The notes under the pieces are model-generated. The model did not search any database, was not told where the DNA came from, and saw nothing but the letters and a program-made list of their open reading frames with translations. From the NCBI GenBank assembly GCA_963789395.1, contig CAWBKP010000012.1:297264-361263 (forward strand): 64,000 nt of DNA, in the 5' to 3' direction. The translations under genes and the position numbers were made by a program. The DNA comes from an uncultured delta proteobacterium (GTDB taxonomy: Bacteria > Desulfobacterota > Desulfobacteria > Desulfobacterales > Desulfatirhabdiaceae). Of this stretch, positions 1 through 9,692 are shown piece by piece (the first letter of the stretch is position 1; each line of letters opens with the position of its first letter).

Positions 1-1086
1 GGTTATGATCTCTGGGCGGATGCCGTGAATGCCGCAGGCGGTATTGAAATTCAGGGTAAAAAATACCCCGTGAAACTCTTTTATGGAGACGATCAGTCCG
101 AACCGGCCCAAGGCGCATCCGCAGCAGAGCGGTTGGCCTCCCAGGAGAAAGTGGACTTTGTTCTGGGTCCCTATGCTTCCGGCCTGACCCTGGCTGCAGC
201 CCCGGTTCTGGAAAAATTTAAAATCCCCATGATCACCGGTTCCGCGGAATCTCCCATGATCTGGAAAGAAAAATTCCGATACACCTTCGGCACCATTCCA
301 CCGGTGAATTATACCGGCTCAGCGCCCATCAACACGATAGCAAACCTGAATCCCAAACCCAAAACCGCCCTCATATTAGGCTCCAACGACACATTTTCCA
401 AAGCCACTGCCGAGGCATTTCAGGATGCGGCTGTCAAGGCTGGAATCAAGGTTCTCAAATTCAATATCGTTCCTTCCGGACAAGACCTGATTCCCTATCT
501 GTCAGCCGCCAAAGCCATGCAGCCGGACCTTATCGCTTTTGGCGGACATGATGAAGAACTGATAAAACTGGTCAAAGCCCTGAATCAGATCAATTACACA
601 CCCAAAGCGCTTTTGATGCACTATGGCGTCACCGAGCCTGCGTTTATCGAAGCACTTGGGAAGAACGCGGATCAGGTTTTCGGCGCATCCGTCTGGACCG
701 AAACCATTAAAACCAAGGGTGAAGTGCTGTGGCCGGATGCCAAAAGTTATGCCGATGCCGCGATGAAAGCCTACAATGTACCGGCCGATTATACTCAAGC
801 GGGTTCTTCCGCCGCCGGGATCGCCTTTCAGATGGCGTTGATCAAGATCAATGCCGTGCCTCCCCTGGATGAGAAAAAACGGGACGAATTGGTCGGCGCG
901 CTTGAGAAGTTGAAAGTTCAGTCTTTCTACGGCCAGATCAGCTTTGCCACCGAAGGCCAGTTCTACCATGCCAATGTCGGCCTCACTCCGCTGACCATCC
1001 AGATTCAAAACGGGAAAGTCGTTGTGGTTGGCCCGGACAATCTGGCGGAAAGCAAGCCGATATATCCCATGAAAGCCAAGAAATAA
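1..1086 (+). CDS. Branched-chain amino acid-type ABC transporter substrate-binding protein (5' partial)
   Basis: Frame is open from base 1 (GYDLWADAVNAAGGI...YGDDQSEP...FVLGPYASG). LivJ/K-like motifs; heads a livHMGF operon. Confidence 0.9.
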   Translation, partial: GYDLWADAVNAAGGIEIQGKKYPVKLFYGDDQSEPAQGASAAERLASQEKVDFVLGPYASGLTLAAAPVLEKFKIPMITGSAESPMIWKEKFRYTFGTIPPVNYTGSAPINTIANLNPKPKTALILGSNDTFSKATAEAFQDAAVKAGIKVLKFNIVPSGQDLIPYLSAAKAMQPDLIAFGGHDEELIKLVKALNQINYTPKALLMHYGVTEPAFIEALGKNADQVFGASVWTETIKTKGEVLWPDAKSYADAAMKAYNVPADYTQAGSSAAGIAFQMALIKINAVPPLDEKKRDELVGALEKLKVQSFYGQISFATEGQFYHANVGLTPLTIQIQNGKVVVVGPDNLAESKPIYPMKAKK

Positions 1087-1143
1087 GGTTTTTTTGCAAC
1101 GTATCAGTTCAGGTGGATAAACTGAAATTTTAATCGCAAAAAT

Positions 1144-1236
1144 AATCCCCCCCTTTGAAAAGGGGGGCCAGGGGGGATTTTTGACAACTATCCTGCTGAA
1201 AAACTCCCCTTCAGTCCCTCTTTTGAAAAGGGGGAA
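1144..1236. repeat. REP-like palindromic element, two inverted units with core CCCCCTTT-NN-AAAGGGGG
   Basis: CCCCCCTTTGAAAAGGGGGG..GGGGGATTT followed by the inverted AAACTCCCCTTCAGTCCCTCTTTTGAAAAGGGGGA. Related copies at 15553 and 26072. Confidence 0.75.
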
Positions 1237-1270
1237 GATACCGGTTGTTATCATCCATTGGAGCTATCAT

Positions 1271-2155
1271 ATGGAATTATTGCCTCAGGCCACAATCGAC
1301 GGCCTTCTGATCGGCGGCATTTATATCACCATTGCCATCGGTTTTTCACTGGCCTACGGCGTCATGCACATCATCGATTTTGCCGTCGGCGAATGGATCA
1401 TGCTGGGGGCTTTTCTGGGATATTACCTGAACCTGTGGACTGTTCTGGATCCGTTTATTCTCCTGCCGGCAATTTTTCTGGTTTTCGGCTTGATCGGATA
1501 CCTGGTTCAGCCGCTTGTATACCGGGTGATCAGCGGCAAAAAAGGTAATCCCGTCCTGATGGGGCTGGTCTTTACGTTTGGACTGGCATTGATGTTCCGT
1601 GGCATGGCTTTGACCGGATTTGGATTTTATTCCCACTCCATTCCTTCCGCCATTTCTCAGGACTCCTTCTTTCTGGAAATGGGCAGCGTTTTTATCACCA
1701 TTCCCTACGTGCGTCTTGCCGGATTGGTATACGCCCTTGCCATTACCCTGGTGCTGCATTTTGTCCTGAAGAAAACCGACTTTGGCCGTGCTGTAAGGGC
1801 CCTTTCCCAGCACCGCGAAGCCTCGGGGCTGATGGGGATAAACGCCAAGCGGATCAGTTCTTATGTTTACGGCATTTACGTGGGGCTCAGCGCCATGACC
1901 GGCGTCATCATCGGCAGCATTTTCACCATCAACGCCCAGATGGGCGGAGAATATACGATACTGGCGTTTTTTATCGTGGTTCTGGCCGGCATGGGATATC
2001 TGGCAGGGGTTCCGTGGGCTGCCTTTCTGCTGGGTCTGGTTCAGTCGTTTTTTCTGATCTATCTGAATCCCAGTTACACCCTGATGGCTGTATTCGGCAT
2101 TCTGTTCACTATTTTATTAATTTCCCCCAAAGGGCTTTTTGGAAGAGGCGTATGA
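1271..2155 (+). CDS. livH: Branched-chain amino acid ABC permease
   Basis: IDGLLIGGIYITIAIGFSLAYGVMHIIDFAVGEWIMLG; KTDFGRAVRA. ATG at 1271. Confidence 0.9.
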   Translation: MELLPQATIDGLLIGGIYITIAIGFSLAYGVMHIIDFAVGEWIMLGAFLGYYLNLWTVLDPFILLPAIFLVFGLIGYLVQPLVYRVISGKKGNPVLMGLVFTFGLALMFRGMALTGFGFYSHSIPSAISQDSFFLEMGSVFITIPYVRLAGLVYALAITLVLHFVLKKTDFGRAVRALSQHREASGLMGINAKRISSYVYGIYVGLSAMTGVIIGSIFTINAQMGGEYTILAFFIVVLAGMGYLAGVPWAAFLLGLVQSFFLIYLNPSYTLMAVFGILFTILLISPKGLFGRGV

Positions 2156-3132
2156 GCCGAAAGTATCTCTTACTTATTCTGGCATTCGGCGTCCTGCTGG
2201 CTGTGCCTTCCGTGATCCAAGACACTTTTTTCCTCAGGATCATCACTGAAGCGATTCTCTGGATCGGCCTGGCCATTTCCTGGGATGTCCTGGCAGGGTA
2301 TACCGGTTATTTGAATTTCGGGCATGGCGCTTTTTTCGGCATCGGGGCATATACGACCGCTCTGCTCATGAAGTTATGCGGTTGGTCATTTTTCCTTGCG
2401 CTTCCGGTTGCCGGAATGGCAGCCGGCATTGTTGCATTGATCGCGGGCATTCCGACGCTCCGGCTTAAGGGTGCCTATTTTGCCATCGCTACCTGGGCGC
2501 TGTCCCGGGCCATTCAGCAAATCGCACTGGTCATGGATATCACCGGCGGACCCGACGGCATGAGACTTCCCCCGTTTTTGCACCCTGAGTTTTTTTATTA
2601 TCTCATGCTCGGGGTTGTTGGCGGCATTTTTGCGCTGTACTGGTTCCTGCTGGAAAAAGCCCCTTTCGGACTCAAGGTCAAAGCCATCCGCGAAGATGAC
2701 CAAAGCGCCATGTCCCTTGGACTGAATCCTACCTGGATCAAGCTCCAGGCATTTATCCTCTCTGCGGTTCCGACCGGGATACTGGGAGCCATTTACGCAT
2801 ACTGGATCACTTACATTGATCCGGCATCCGTTCTGGGGGACCTGGTTACGGACCAGGCGGTAGTCATGGCGGTATTCGGAGGATTGGGAACCCTGATCGG
2901 CCCCGCCATCGGCGCCATCATCATTTATTTATTCAAAACCTATTTCTGGGCGTATCTGTCCGATTATCAGGTTCTGTATCTAATTATCCTGGGAGGGGTG
3001 ATAGCCGCAAGCGTCGTATTCCTTCCCAATGGTCTCTGGGGAACGATAACCAGCTATCTGCAAACACGGAAAGCATTAAAAAAGGAAGCGGTTTCTCAAG
3101 GAAAAACCGATAAAGGAGCCAACCATGTCTGA
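2152..3132 (+). CDS. livM: Branched-chain amino acid ABC permease
   Basis: WDVLAGYTGYLNFGHGAFFGIGAY; LRLKGAYFAIAT; AIREDD. ATGA overlap with livH stop. Confidence 0.9.
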   Translation: MSRKYLLLILAFGVLLAVPSVIQDTFFLRIITEAILWIGLAISWDVLAGYTGYLNFGHGAFFGIGAYTTALLMKLCGWSFFLALPVAGMAAGIVALIAGIPTLRLKGAYFAIATWALSRAIQQIALVMDITGGPDGMRLPPFLHPEFFYYLMLGVVGGIFALYWFLLEKAPFGLKVKAIREDDQSAMSLGLNPTWIKLQAFILSAVPTGILGAIYAYWITYIDPASVLGDLVTDQAVVMAVFGGLGTLIGPAIGAIIIYLFKTYFWAYLSDYQVLYLIILGGVIAASVVFLPNGLWGTITSYLQTRKALKKEAVSQGKTDKGANHV

Positions 3133-3850
3133 ACCACTCCTCCAAGTCAATGCCGTCACCAAAACTTTTGGAGGACTGCACGCGGTGTTCCAGGTTTCCT
3201 TTCATATGGCTCCCGGTGAGATTATCGGACTTATTGGCCCCAACGGTGCGGGTAAAACGACCCTGTTCAATGTGATCAGCGGTTTTTACGCGCCAAGCAA
3301 CGGGCAAATCCATTTCAAGGGACACGACATCAGTGGAAAACCCCCTTACAAGCTGGCGGTTCTCGGCATCGGCCGCACCTTTCAGGTAGTAAAACCCTTT
3401 GCCGGTCTGACTGTCCTTGAAAATGTCATCATCGCTTCCTTTGCACGTCATCCCAAACGCCGCCAGGCGGAACAGCATGCCTGGCGGATTCTGGAAACAA
3501 CGGGTCTCGCGGATCGGGCCGATGCCCAGGCTTCCAGCTTGACGCTGGCCGGCCGAAAGCGGCTTGAGGTCAGCAAGGCCCTGGCCCTGGAGCCGACACT
3601 GCTCCTTCTGGATGAAGTGGTTGCAGGCCTGAATCCGACTGAGGCGGACCGGACCATCGAACTGATTCTTTCACTGCGCGACCAGGGGATCACGATATTG
3701 ATTGTCGAGCATATCATGCGGGTCATCATGAACATCAGCGACCGCGTCGTGGTACTCAATTTCGGCCAGAAAATCGCAGAAGGCATTCCCAGAGATGTGG
3801 CCAGAAATCCCGATGTCATCCAGGCGTATCTGGGGGAGGTGCCGCAATGA
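3125..3850 (+). CDS. livG: ABC ATP-binding protein
   Basis: Walker [17 protein letters not shown]-terminal DVIQAYLG. Confidence 0.92.
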   Translation: MSEPLLQVNAVTKTFGGLHAVFQVSFHMAPGEIIGLIGPNGAGKTTLFNVISGFYAPSNGQIHFKGHDISGKPPYKLAVLGIGRTFQVVKPFAGLTVLENVIIASFARHPKRRQAEQHAWRILETTGLADRADAQASSLTLAGRKRLEVSKALALEPTLLLLDEVVAGLNPTEADRTIELILSLRDQGITILIVEHIMRVIMNISDRVVVLNFGQKIAEGIPRDVARNPDVIQAYLGEVPQ

Positions 3851-4557
3851 ATATTTTAAATGCAAAAGCGATTTCGGTTTACTACGGGGATATACAAGCC
3901 CTGTGGGACATCTCCTTATCCGTCACCTCAGGACAGATTGTGGCCCTTCTCGGGACCAACGGCGCCGGTAAAACCACGACCCTGAAAACGATCTGCGGTT
4001 TGCTTTCCAGCACATCCGGTCAAATAGACTTTGAAGGAAAGATCATCAGCGGTCTTCCGGTCCATGATATCGCCAATCTGGGGATTACACTGGTTCCCGA
4101 AGGCAGGCAGCTCTTTCCAAAAATGAATGTAGAGGAAAATCTGCTGATCGGCTCCTACCTCAGACGGACGCATGTCCACAGGGCTGCAAATCTGAGCAAA
4201 GTCTATGAACTTTTCCCCCGTCTTGCGGAAAGAAAAAACCAAACCGCGGAAACCCTTTCCGGCGGTGAGCAGCAGATGGTGGCCATCGGCAGGGCCTTGA
4301 TGCAGAGCCCGAAACTCATCATGTTCGACGAGCCCAGCCTGGGGTTGTCGCCAATTCTGGTCCAGGAAGTGTTCCGCGTTATCGAAGAACTTCACAGCCA
4401 GGGACTGACGATTTTTCTGGTCGAACAGAATGTTCACCAGACGCTTAAAATCGCCGACTACTGTTATGTGATGGAAAACGGCAGCGTTGTCAAGGAAGGC
4501 ACGGGAAAGGATCTGGAAAAGGACGCCTCGATCCGGGAGACGTATCTGGGATTCTGA
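3847..4557 (+). CDS. livF: ABC ATP-binding protein
   Basis: GTNGAGKTT, VPEGRQLF, LSGGEQQM, DEPSLGL. Confidence 0.92.
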   Translation: MNILNAKAISVYYGDIQALWDISLSVTSGQIVALLGTNGAGKTTTLKTICGLLSSTSGQIDFEGKIISGLPVHDIANLGITLVPEGRQLFPKMNVEENLLIGSYLRRTHVHRAANLSKVYELFPRLAERKNQTAETLSGGEQQMVAIGRALMQSPKLIMFDEPSLGLSPILVQEVFRVIEELHSQGLTIFLVEQNVHQTLKIADYCYVMENGSVVKEGTGKDLEKDASIRETYLGF

Positions 4558-4564
4558 GAAAAAA

Positions 4565-5140
4565 ATGATCACTCCCGTAATGAGACTTCAGCTGCCTGCC
4601 TGGGTGGATCAGTTCCTTGCGGATTCACCCGGAAGATTTCCGGGAATAGAAGAAAGAATGCGATTTGTGCTGGAGCTTTCCCGCCTGAATGTCATGAATG
4701 GAACCGGGGGGCCCTTCGGGGCGGCGGTGTTTGACGGTGACGGATGGTTGATCGCTCCGGGGATCAATTTGGTCGTCATTTCGAACTGCTCTCTTTTGCA
4801 TGCGGAAATGGTGGCGCTGGCCGGCGCCCAGCAGAAACTGGAACGCTATGATATCGGCGACGGCGGCAAGCACCACTTCGATCTCTTTGCCACGACCGAA
4901 CCCTGCGCCATGTGCTTTGGCGCCATTCCCTGGTCCGGGGTGAGCCGACTGGTCTGCGGGGCAAGGGATGAAGACGCCCGTGCAATCGGTTTCGATGAAG
5001 GCCCTAAACTTGCCGACTGGGTGGCTGCCCTCAATGAACGGGGCATCACCGTCCTTCGCGACGTCCTTCGCAATGAGGCAGTAACGGTGCTTCAAAGCTA
5101 TATCACATCAGGTGGCACCATTTACAACGCCGGTCATTAA
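4565..5140 (+). CDS. Zn-dependent nucleoside/nucleobase deaminase (guanine deaminase/TadA-like)
   Basis: GGPFGAAV, HAEMVA, EPCAMCFGAI and GFDEGP motifs. Confidence 0.85.
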   Translation: MITPVMRLQLPAWVDQFLADSPGRFPGIEERMRFVLELSRLNVMNGTGGPFGAAVFDGDGWLIAPGINLVVISNCSLLHAEMVALAGAQQKLERYDIGDGGKHHFDLFATTEPCAMCFGAIPWSGVSRLVCGARDEDARAIGFDEGPKLADWVAALNERGITVLRDVLRNEAVTVLQSYITSGGTIYNAGH

Positions 5141-5208
5141 GTCTCCCTTTCCGTGGTTTCGCTTCCCCTGCCCGCTGATTCCCGGCACCAGTGATCTTCT
5201 TCTCAGCT

Positions 5209-6277
5209 TCAGACCAGAGCCATGGCTTTTTCCGGACAGATCTCCTGACAGCAGAAACAGCGGATGCAGATCTCTGGGTCCGCTTCCGGATACTCCCCAT
5301 TCATCGACAGAGCGGAAACCGGACATTGATCGATGCAGGCGCCACACCCTGTACAAAGTTCTACATTTGCCTGAGGTTGAAGCAAAGTCGGTCTCTGAAG
5401 GATATCCTGAACGACAGGGTTATTCATATTTGCCTCACCGCCGAGAGGTGGCAATTTAAAATCCGGCAGTTGTTTGAGTTCCCCGATGATTTCAATCAGT
5501 ATTCAGGTCATAATCGCCCAGACCAAGACTTTTTGCCTTGCGGAGAAATCCCAGCTTGGCCGGATCGCATCCCATCATGGTCGCAATGACGGCATCCAGG
5601 GCTACGGCATTGTCCGATGCCAGGATGAGTCCGATGTCTCTCAGCTCCGGTGACGCCGGACCGTTTCCTTCCATTCCAACCACCGCATCCACAATGAAAA
5701 GATCGGGAACCCTTAGCCGGAATACGTCCACAATCATTTCATGGAACCGCGCCGGGCTGCCCGCAGCCTTGTGAAGCCTGGCTTTTTGTGCGCCGGGCAG
5801 AAAGCCGTAACTGTTCTTGATGGCCCCGGTTATTACCGTCAGCCCATGGGTTTTGAACTTGGGCAGACTGATAATGATATCCGCGTCCAGAACCGCACGA
5901 GAGAGACTCACCGTCGGCATATATTCCGCGTTAAAATCCATTTTCCGTGAATCGGTGCCGATATTTTGGTAATAGCCGCCGGAGGCTTCCATAAGGCCCG
6001 TTTTCCTGAAACTCTCCTCGTTGGCGCCATAGCTGAACACACCCGGATTGTCGCCCACGACAATCGAAGCCGGTTTCATGGATTCGACCCGTTCGACCAC
6101 TGCACGCAGCACTGCCGGATTGGTTACGATCGCCTCATTGGCCTCGGATGCTCTCAGGACATTGGGTTTAATCAATACTTTCCTGCCATTCAGTTCCAGG
6201 GGAAAAATTTCAAATGCCCGGGCTATCGCCCGCCGGACATCTTCGTAAGTTGCTGGCTGGATCATCACGGTTGACAT
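5209..6277 (-). CDS. DUF362 protein with C-terminal 2x[4Fe-4S] ferredoxin domain (frameshift ~5490)
   Basis: KVLIKPN, ISLPKFKTH..TGAIKN, GMEGNGP. The downstream piece has CTGCGACIDQCP and CIRCFCCQEICP. Confidence 0.85.
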
Positions 6278-6447
6278 GGCGGTACCTCTTTTATTGGATT
6301 TTGGAAGGATCGATGACTGTATGTCTGATAATACTGCAAATAACGAACAGTATCCACAGAAATATTGATTCTGTGAATCTCCAACCGCAAAGATGAGATT
6401 CGCCCAGCCATCGCCGGTAATTTCATATGATAATCCGGTTAGTATAA

Positions 6448-6497
6448 ATAACGAACGACCGTTTTTTATTGACAGGCGCGCTACATTGGAATATTTT
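6448..6497 (+). promoter_or_regulatory. Sigma-70-like promoter with adjacent putative TetR operator
   Basis: TTGACA (6469-6474)-17 bp-TATTTT. The imperfect palindrome ATAACGAACGACCGTTTTTTAT abuts the -35 box. Confidence 0.45.
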
Positions 6498-6575
6498 CAT
6501 ATGAAACAGCCATGGTTTTATTATTCAGTTAAGTTCCATTTAAATACTCGGCAAGCGGTCAAATAGGAGGCGGTT

Positions 6576-7781
6576 ATGGATTTTAGCGTATCGGAAAAAA
6601 TGCTGACCATTACACAAATGATTGATGAATTTGTGCTAAAAGAAATCATTCCCCTGGAACCGGCGTTGCTGGCACGGGGATTCAAGGCCCTCTTGCCCGA
6701 TCTTGAAAAAAAACGCCGGATGGTCAAACAGATGGAGTTATGGGCCCCGAACCATCCAAAAGAATATGGCGGCATGGGGCTTAATCTGAAAGAGCATGCT
6801 CTGGTTTCCGAATGCCTGGGCCGCTCGATCCTGGGCCATTATGTTTTTGGCTGCCAGGCGCCGGATGCAGGCAATATTGAGATTCTGCACATGTTCGGCA
6901 CCCCGGAGCAGAAAGAAACATGGCTGCCCCCCCTGGTATCGGGCAAAATCCGAAGCTGCTTTTCCATGACCGAAGTGGAAATGCCGGGGTCCAATCCGGT
7001 AATGATGGATACCACGGCCGTCAAGGATGGCGACGACTATATAATCAACGGCCAGAAATGGTACACCTCCTCATCCGATGGGGCCAGATTCGCGATTGTC
7101 ATGGCCGTGACCAACCCGGAAGCCTCCCCCTATCAGCGGGCGAGCATGATCATCGTCCCCACTGACACGCCGGGATTCAACCAGGTGAGAAACATTCCGG
7201 TGATGGGCGAGGCCGGCGAGGACTATTTCGGACATGGCGAGATCCTTTACCAGAACTGCCGCGTGCCCCAGTCCAACCTGCTGGGCCCGGAGGGCAGCGC
7301 CTTCGCCATTGCCCAGGAACGTCTGGGGCCTGGCAGGATCCACCACTGCATGCGCTGGATCGGCATCTGCAACCGCTGTTTCGATCTCATGTGTTCACGG
7401 GCACTCAGCCGGCCCATTGCACCCGGCAAAACTCTGGCTTATAAAGAGATTATTCAGGCCTGGATTGCCGAATGCGCCGCCGATATTCAGGCCGCGCGCC
7501 TCATGGTACTTTATACCGCGGACAGGATCGACAAAGTTGGCGCAAAAGAAGCCCGCATCGAAATTTCCATGATCAAATATGTCGTTGCCAACACCATGAT
7601 GAAGGTGATCGACCGGGCCCTTCAGGTACACGGGGGCCTCGGCATGACGGACGACACGATCATTGCCTTTTTTTATCGTCATGAACGGGCCAGCCGGATT
7701 TACGATGGCGCAGACGAGGTGCACAAGCTCTCCGTGGCCCGCCAGATTCTAAAGAAATACGCCGGGAAGAAAGCCAATTAA
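6576..7781 (+). CDS. Acyl-CoA dehydrogenase, ACAD10/11 (LvaC)-like
   Basis: QAPDAGNIEIL, IRSCFSMTE, INGQKWYTS, AQERLGPGRIHHCMR, IYDGADEVH. Confidence 0.9.
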   Translation: MDFSVSEKMLTITQMIDEFVLKEIIPLEPALLARGFKALLPDLEKKRRMVKQMELWAPNHPKEYGGMGLNLKEHALVSECLGRSILGHYVFGCQAPDAGNIEILHMFGTPEQKETWLPPLVSGKIRSCFSMTEVEMPGSNPVMMDTTAVKDGDDYIINGQKWYTSSSDGARFAIVMAVTNPEASPYQRASMIIVPTDTPGFNQVRNIPVMGEAGEDYFGHGEILYQNCRVPQSNLLGPEGSAFAIAQERLGPGRIHHCMRWIGICNRCFDLMCSRALSRPIAPGKTLAYKEIIQAWIAECAADIQAARLMVLYTADRIDKVGAKEARIEISMIKYVVANTMMKVIDRALQVHGGLGMTDDTIIAFFYRHERASRIYDGADEVHKLSVARQILKKYAGKKAN

Positions 7782-7782
7782 T

Positions 7783-8484
7783 ATGAAGAGCACCATGACA
7801 TACGCCGAATTCTGTCAGCAAGTCAATATCTCCAAAATGGAGATATACCAGGAATCCTTTTCTGAAAACCGTCAAACCAAGCGTATCAAAAAAGAAAAAA
7901 CGGCGGTCAAAAACCTGGATACTATTTTTGGCGCGGTTCTGAAAATCAGCAACAAAAAAGGATTCAAGTCCATGAGCATGAGGGATCTCAGCCAGGAATG
8001 CGGGCTGAGCATGGGCGCTCTTTATAATTATTTTTCCAGCAAGGATGAACTCCTTGAAATGCTTCAGCACCAGCGGCGATCCATTACCGGAAAAATCCTT
8101 GAAGAACGAATTGCATCCGAAGACTCCGCGCCCGCCAGGCTGAAGGCTGCTATCTTTAGCCACCTGTATCTGAGCGAAGCCATGCAGCCTTGGTTCTATT
8201 TTTCGTTCATGGAGACCAAAAACCTTTCTGACACTGAAAAGCAGAAAGCCATAGATAGCGAACTGGCAACGGAAAAACTGATTTGCGATATCCTGATTCA
8301 GGGGCAGGAACAAAACGTGTTCAACCAACATGATCCTCAGCTTGGGGCTTGCATGATCAAGGCCATGCTTCAGGACTGGTATTTGAAACGGGGGAAATAC
8401 GCTGGCAAAAATATTTCTGTCGATCAGTACGCAGCATATCTTCAAGAATTTGTAGCAGCATTTTTCTTGAAAGCCCCAAGTTGA
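7783..8484 (+). CDS. TetR/AcrR family transcriptional regulator
   Basis: HTH KGFKSMSMRDLSQECGLSMGALYNYFSSKDEL. Confidence 0.9.
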   Translation: MKSTMTYAEFCQQVNISKMEIYQESFSENRQTKRIKKEKTAVKNLDTIFGAVLKISNKKGFKSMSMRDLSQECGLSMGALYNYFSSKDELLEMLQHQRRSITGKILEERIASEDSAPARLKAAIFSHLYLSEAMQPWFYFSFMETKNLSDTEKQKAIDSELATEKLICDILIQGQEQNVFNQHDPQLGACMIKAMLQDWYLKRGKYAGKNISVDQYAAYLQEFVAAFFLKAPS

Positions 8485-8554
8485 TTTTTTATCGAAATAT
8501 TATCTGTTTAGGTGAACGCATTGATCAAGGCCCAGGATTGTCAAAGGAGAGGTT

Positions 8555-9613
8555 ATGGAATTGATGGATCAGGCATCGGAAGTGCGCAGTGGCGAAGAAC
8601 TTGATGCAGCAAAAGTTGAATCTTTTCTTCGAGATTCGATTCCGCATCTCGGGGGGAAAATGACTGTCCGGCAATTTCCGGGCGGTCATTCGAATCTGAC
8701 CTATCTGATCACTTTTGAAAACAGGGAAATGGTTCTGCGCAGGCCACCCTTTGGCGCCAAAGCCAAATCCGCCCATGACATGGGACGTGAATACCGGATA
8801 CTGAAAGCGCTGAAACCTTTTTACCCCTATTGTCCGGAACCGCTCGCGTATTCCGACGACTTGGATGTCATGGGCTGTCCCTTTTATGTCATGGAGCGCA
8901 TTCAGGGGATTATTTTGCGCCGGAATCTGCCCAAGGGAATGGTTATGACCTCGAACCAGGTGGAACGCCTGTTTCAGAAAGTGATTGAAACCCATTATGC
9001 ACTGCATCGTCTCGACTATCGGAAAATCGGGCTGGAAGGCTTCGGCAAACCCGAAGGATATGTCCGTCGTCAGGTGGAAGGATGGAGCAGACGTTATCGG
9101 GCTGCCCGGACTCCGGACGCACCGGAGTTTGAATCCGTAATGGCCTGGCTGGATACGCATCAACCAGGGGACTCATCCCACCCCTGCATCATTCACAATG
9201 ATTTTAAATTCGACAACATTGTTCTGAACAGCGGCGACCCCTTAAGCATCATCGGCGTTCTGGACTGGGAAATGGCCACCATCGGCGATCCGCTGATGGA
9301 TCTGGGCAGCACACTGGGATACTGGGTGGAACCGGGCGACCCCCCGGAGATGCAGGCCATGAAAACCCTTCCCACCCACCTTGAAGGCGCGCTGACCCGA
9401 AAGCAGATGGTTGCATATTACAGCAGCCTTTCCGGCAGATCCGTGGACCATTACGAATTCTATTACGGATTCGGTCTGTTCCGCCTGGCTGTCATCGCCC
9501 AGCAGATCTATTACCGTTTTTACCATGGACAGACCAAGGACCAGCGGTTCCAGTCCCTGATCTTTGCAGTAACCATTCTTGAAAAGACCGCCACACAGCT
9601 CCTGGGTCTTTAA
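8555..9613 (+). CDS. APH-like phosphotransferase (ACAD10/11 kinase domain / LvaA-like)
   Basis: QFPGGHSNLTY, LRRPP..AHDMGREY, HNDFKFDN, VLDWEMATIGDPLMDL. Confidence 0.9.
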   Translation: MELMDQASEVRSGEELDAAKVESFLRDSIPHLGGKMTVRQFPGGHSNLTYLITFENREMVLRRPPFGAKAKSAHDMGREYRILKALKPFYPYCPEPLAYSDDLDVMGCPFYVMERIQGIILRRNLPKGMVMTSNQVERLFQKVIETHYALHRLDYRKIGLEGFGKPEGYVRRQVEGWSRRYRAARTPDAPEFESVMAWLDTHQPGDSSHPCIIHNDFKFDNIVLNSGDPLSIIGVLDWEMATIGDPLMDLGSTLGYWVEPGDPPEMQAMKTLPTHLEGALTRKQMVAYYSSLSGRSVDHYEFYYGFGLFRLAVIAQQIYYRFYHGQTKDQRFQSLIFAVTILEKTATQLLGL

Positions 9614-9692
9614 CCTGCCGTTTTCTACAGTCCACTGATTGCAGTTTTCTTATATGTCATCAGTAACTTATTGATTGATATAGGGAGGTAAA

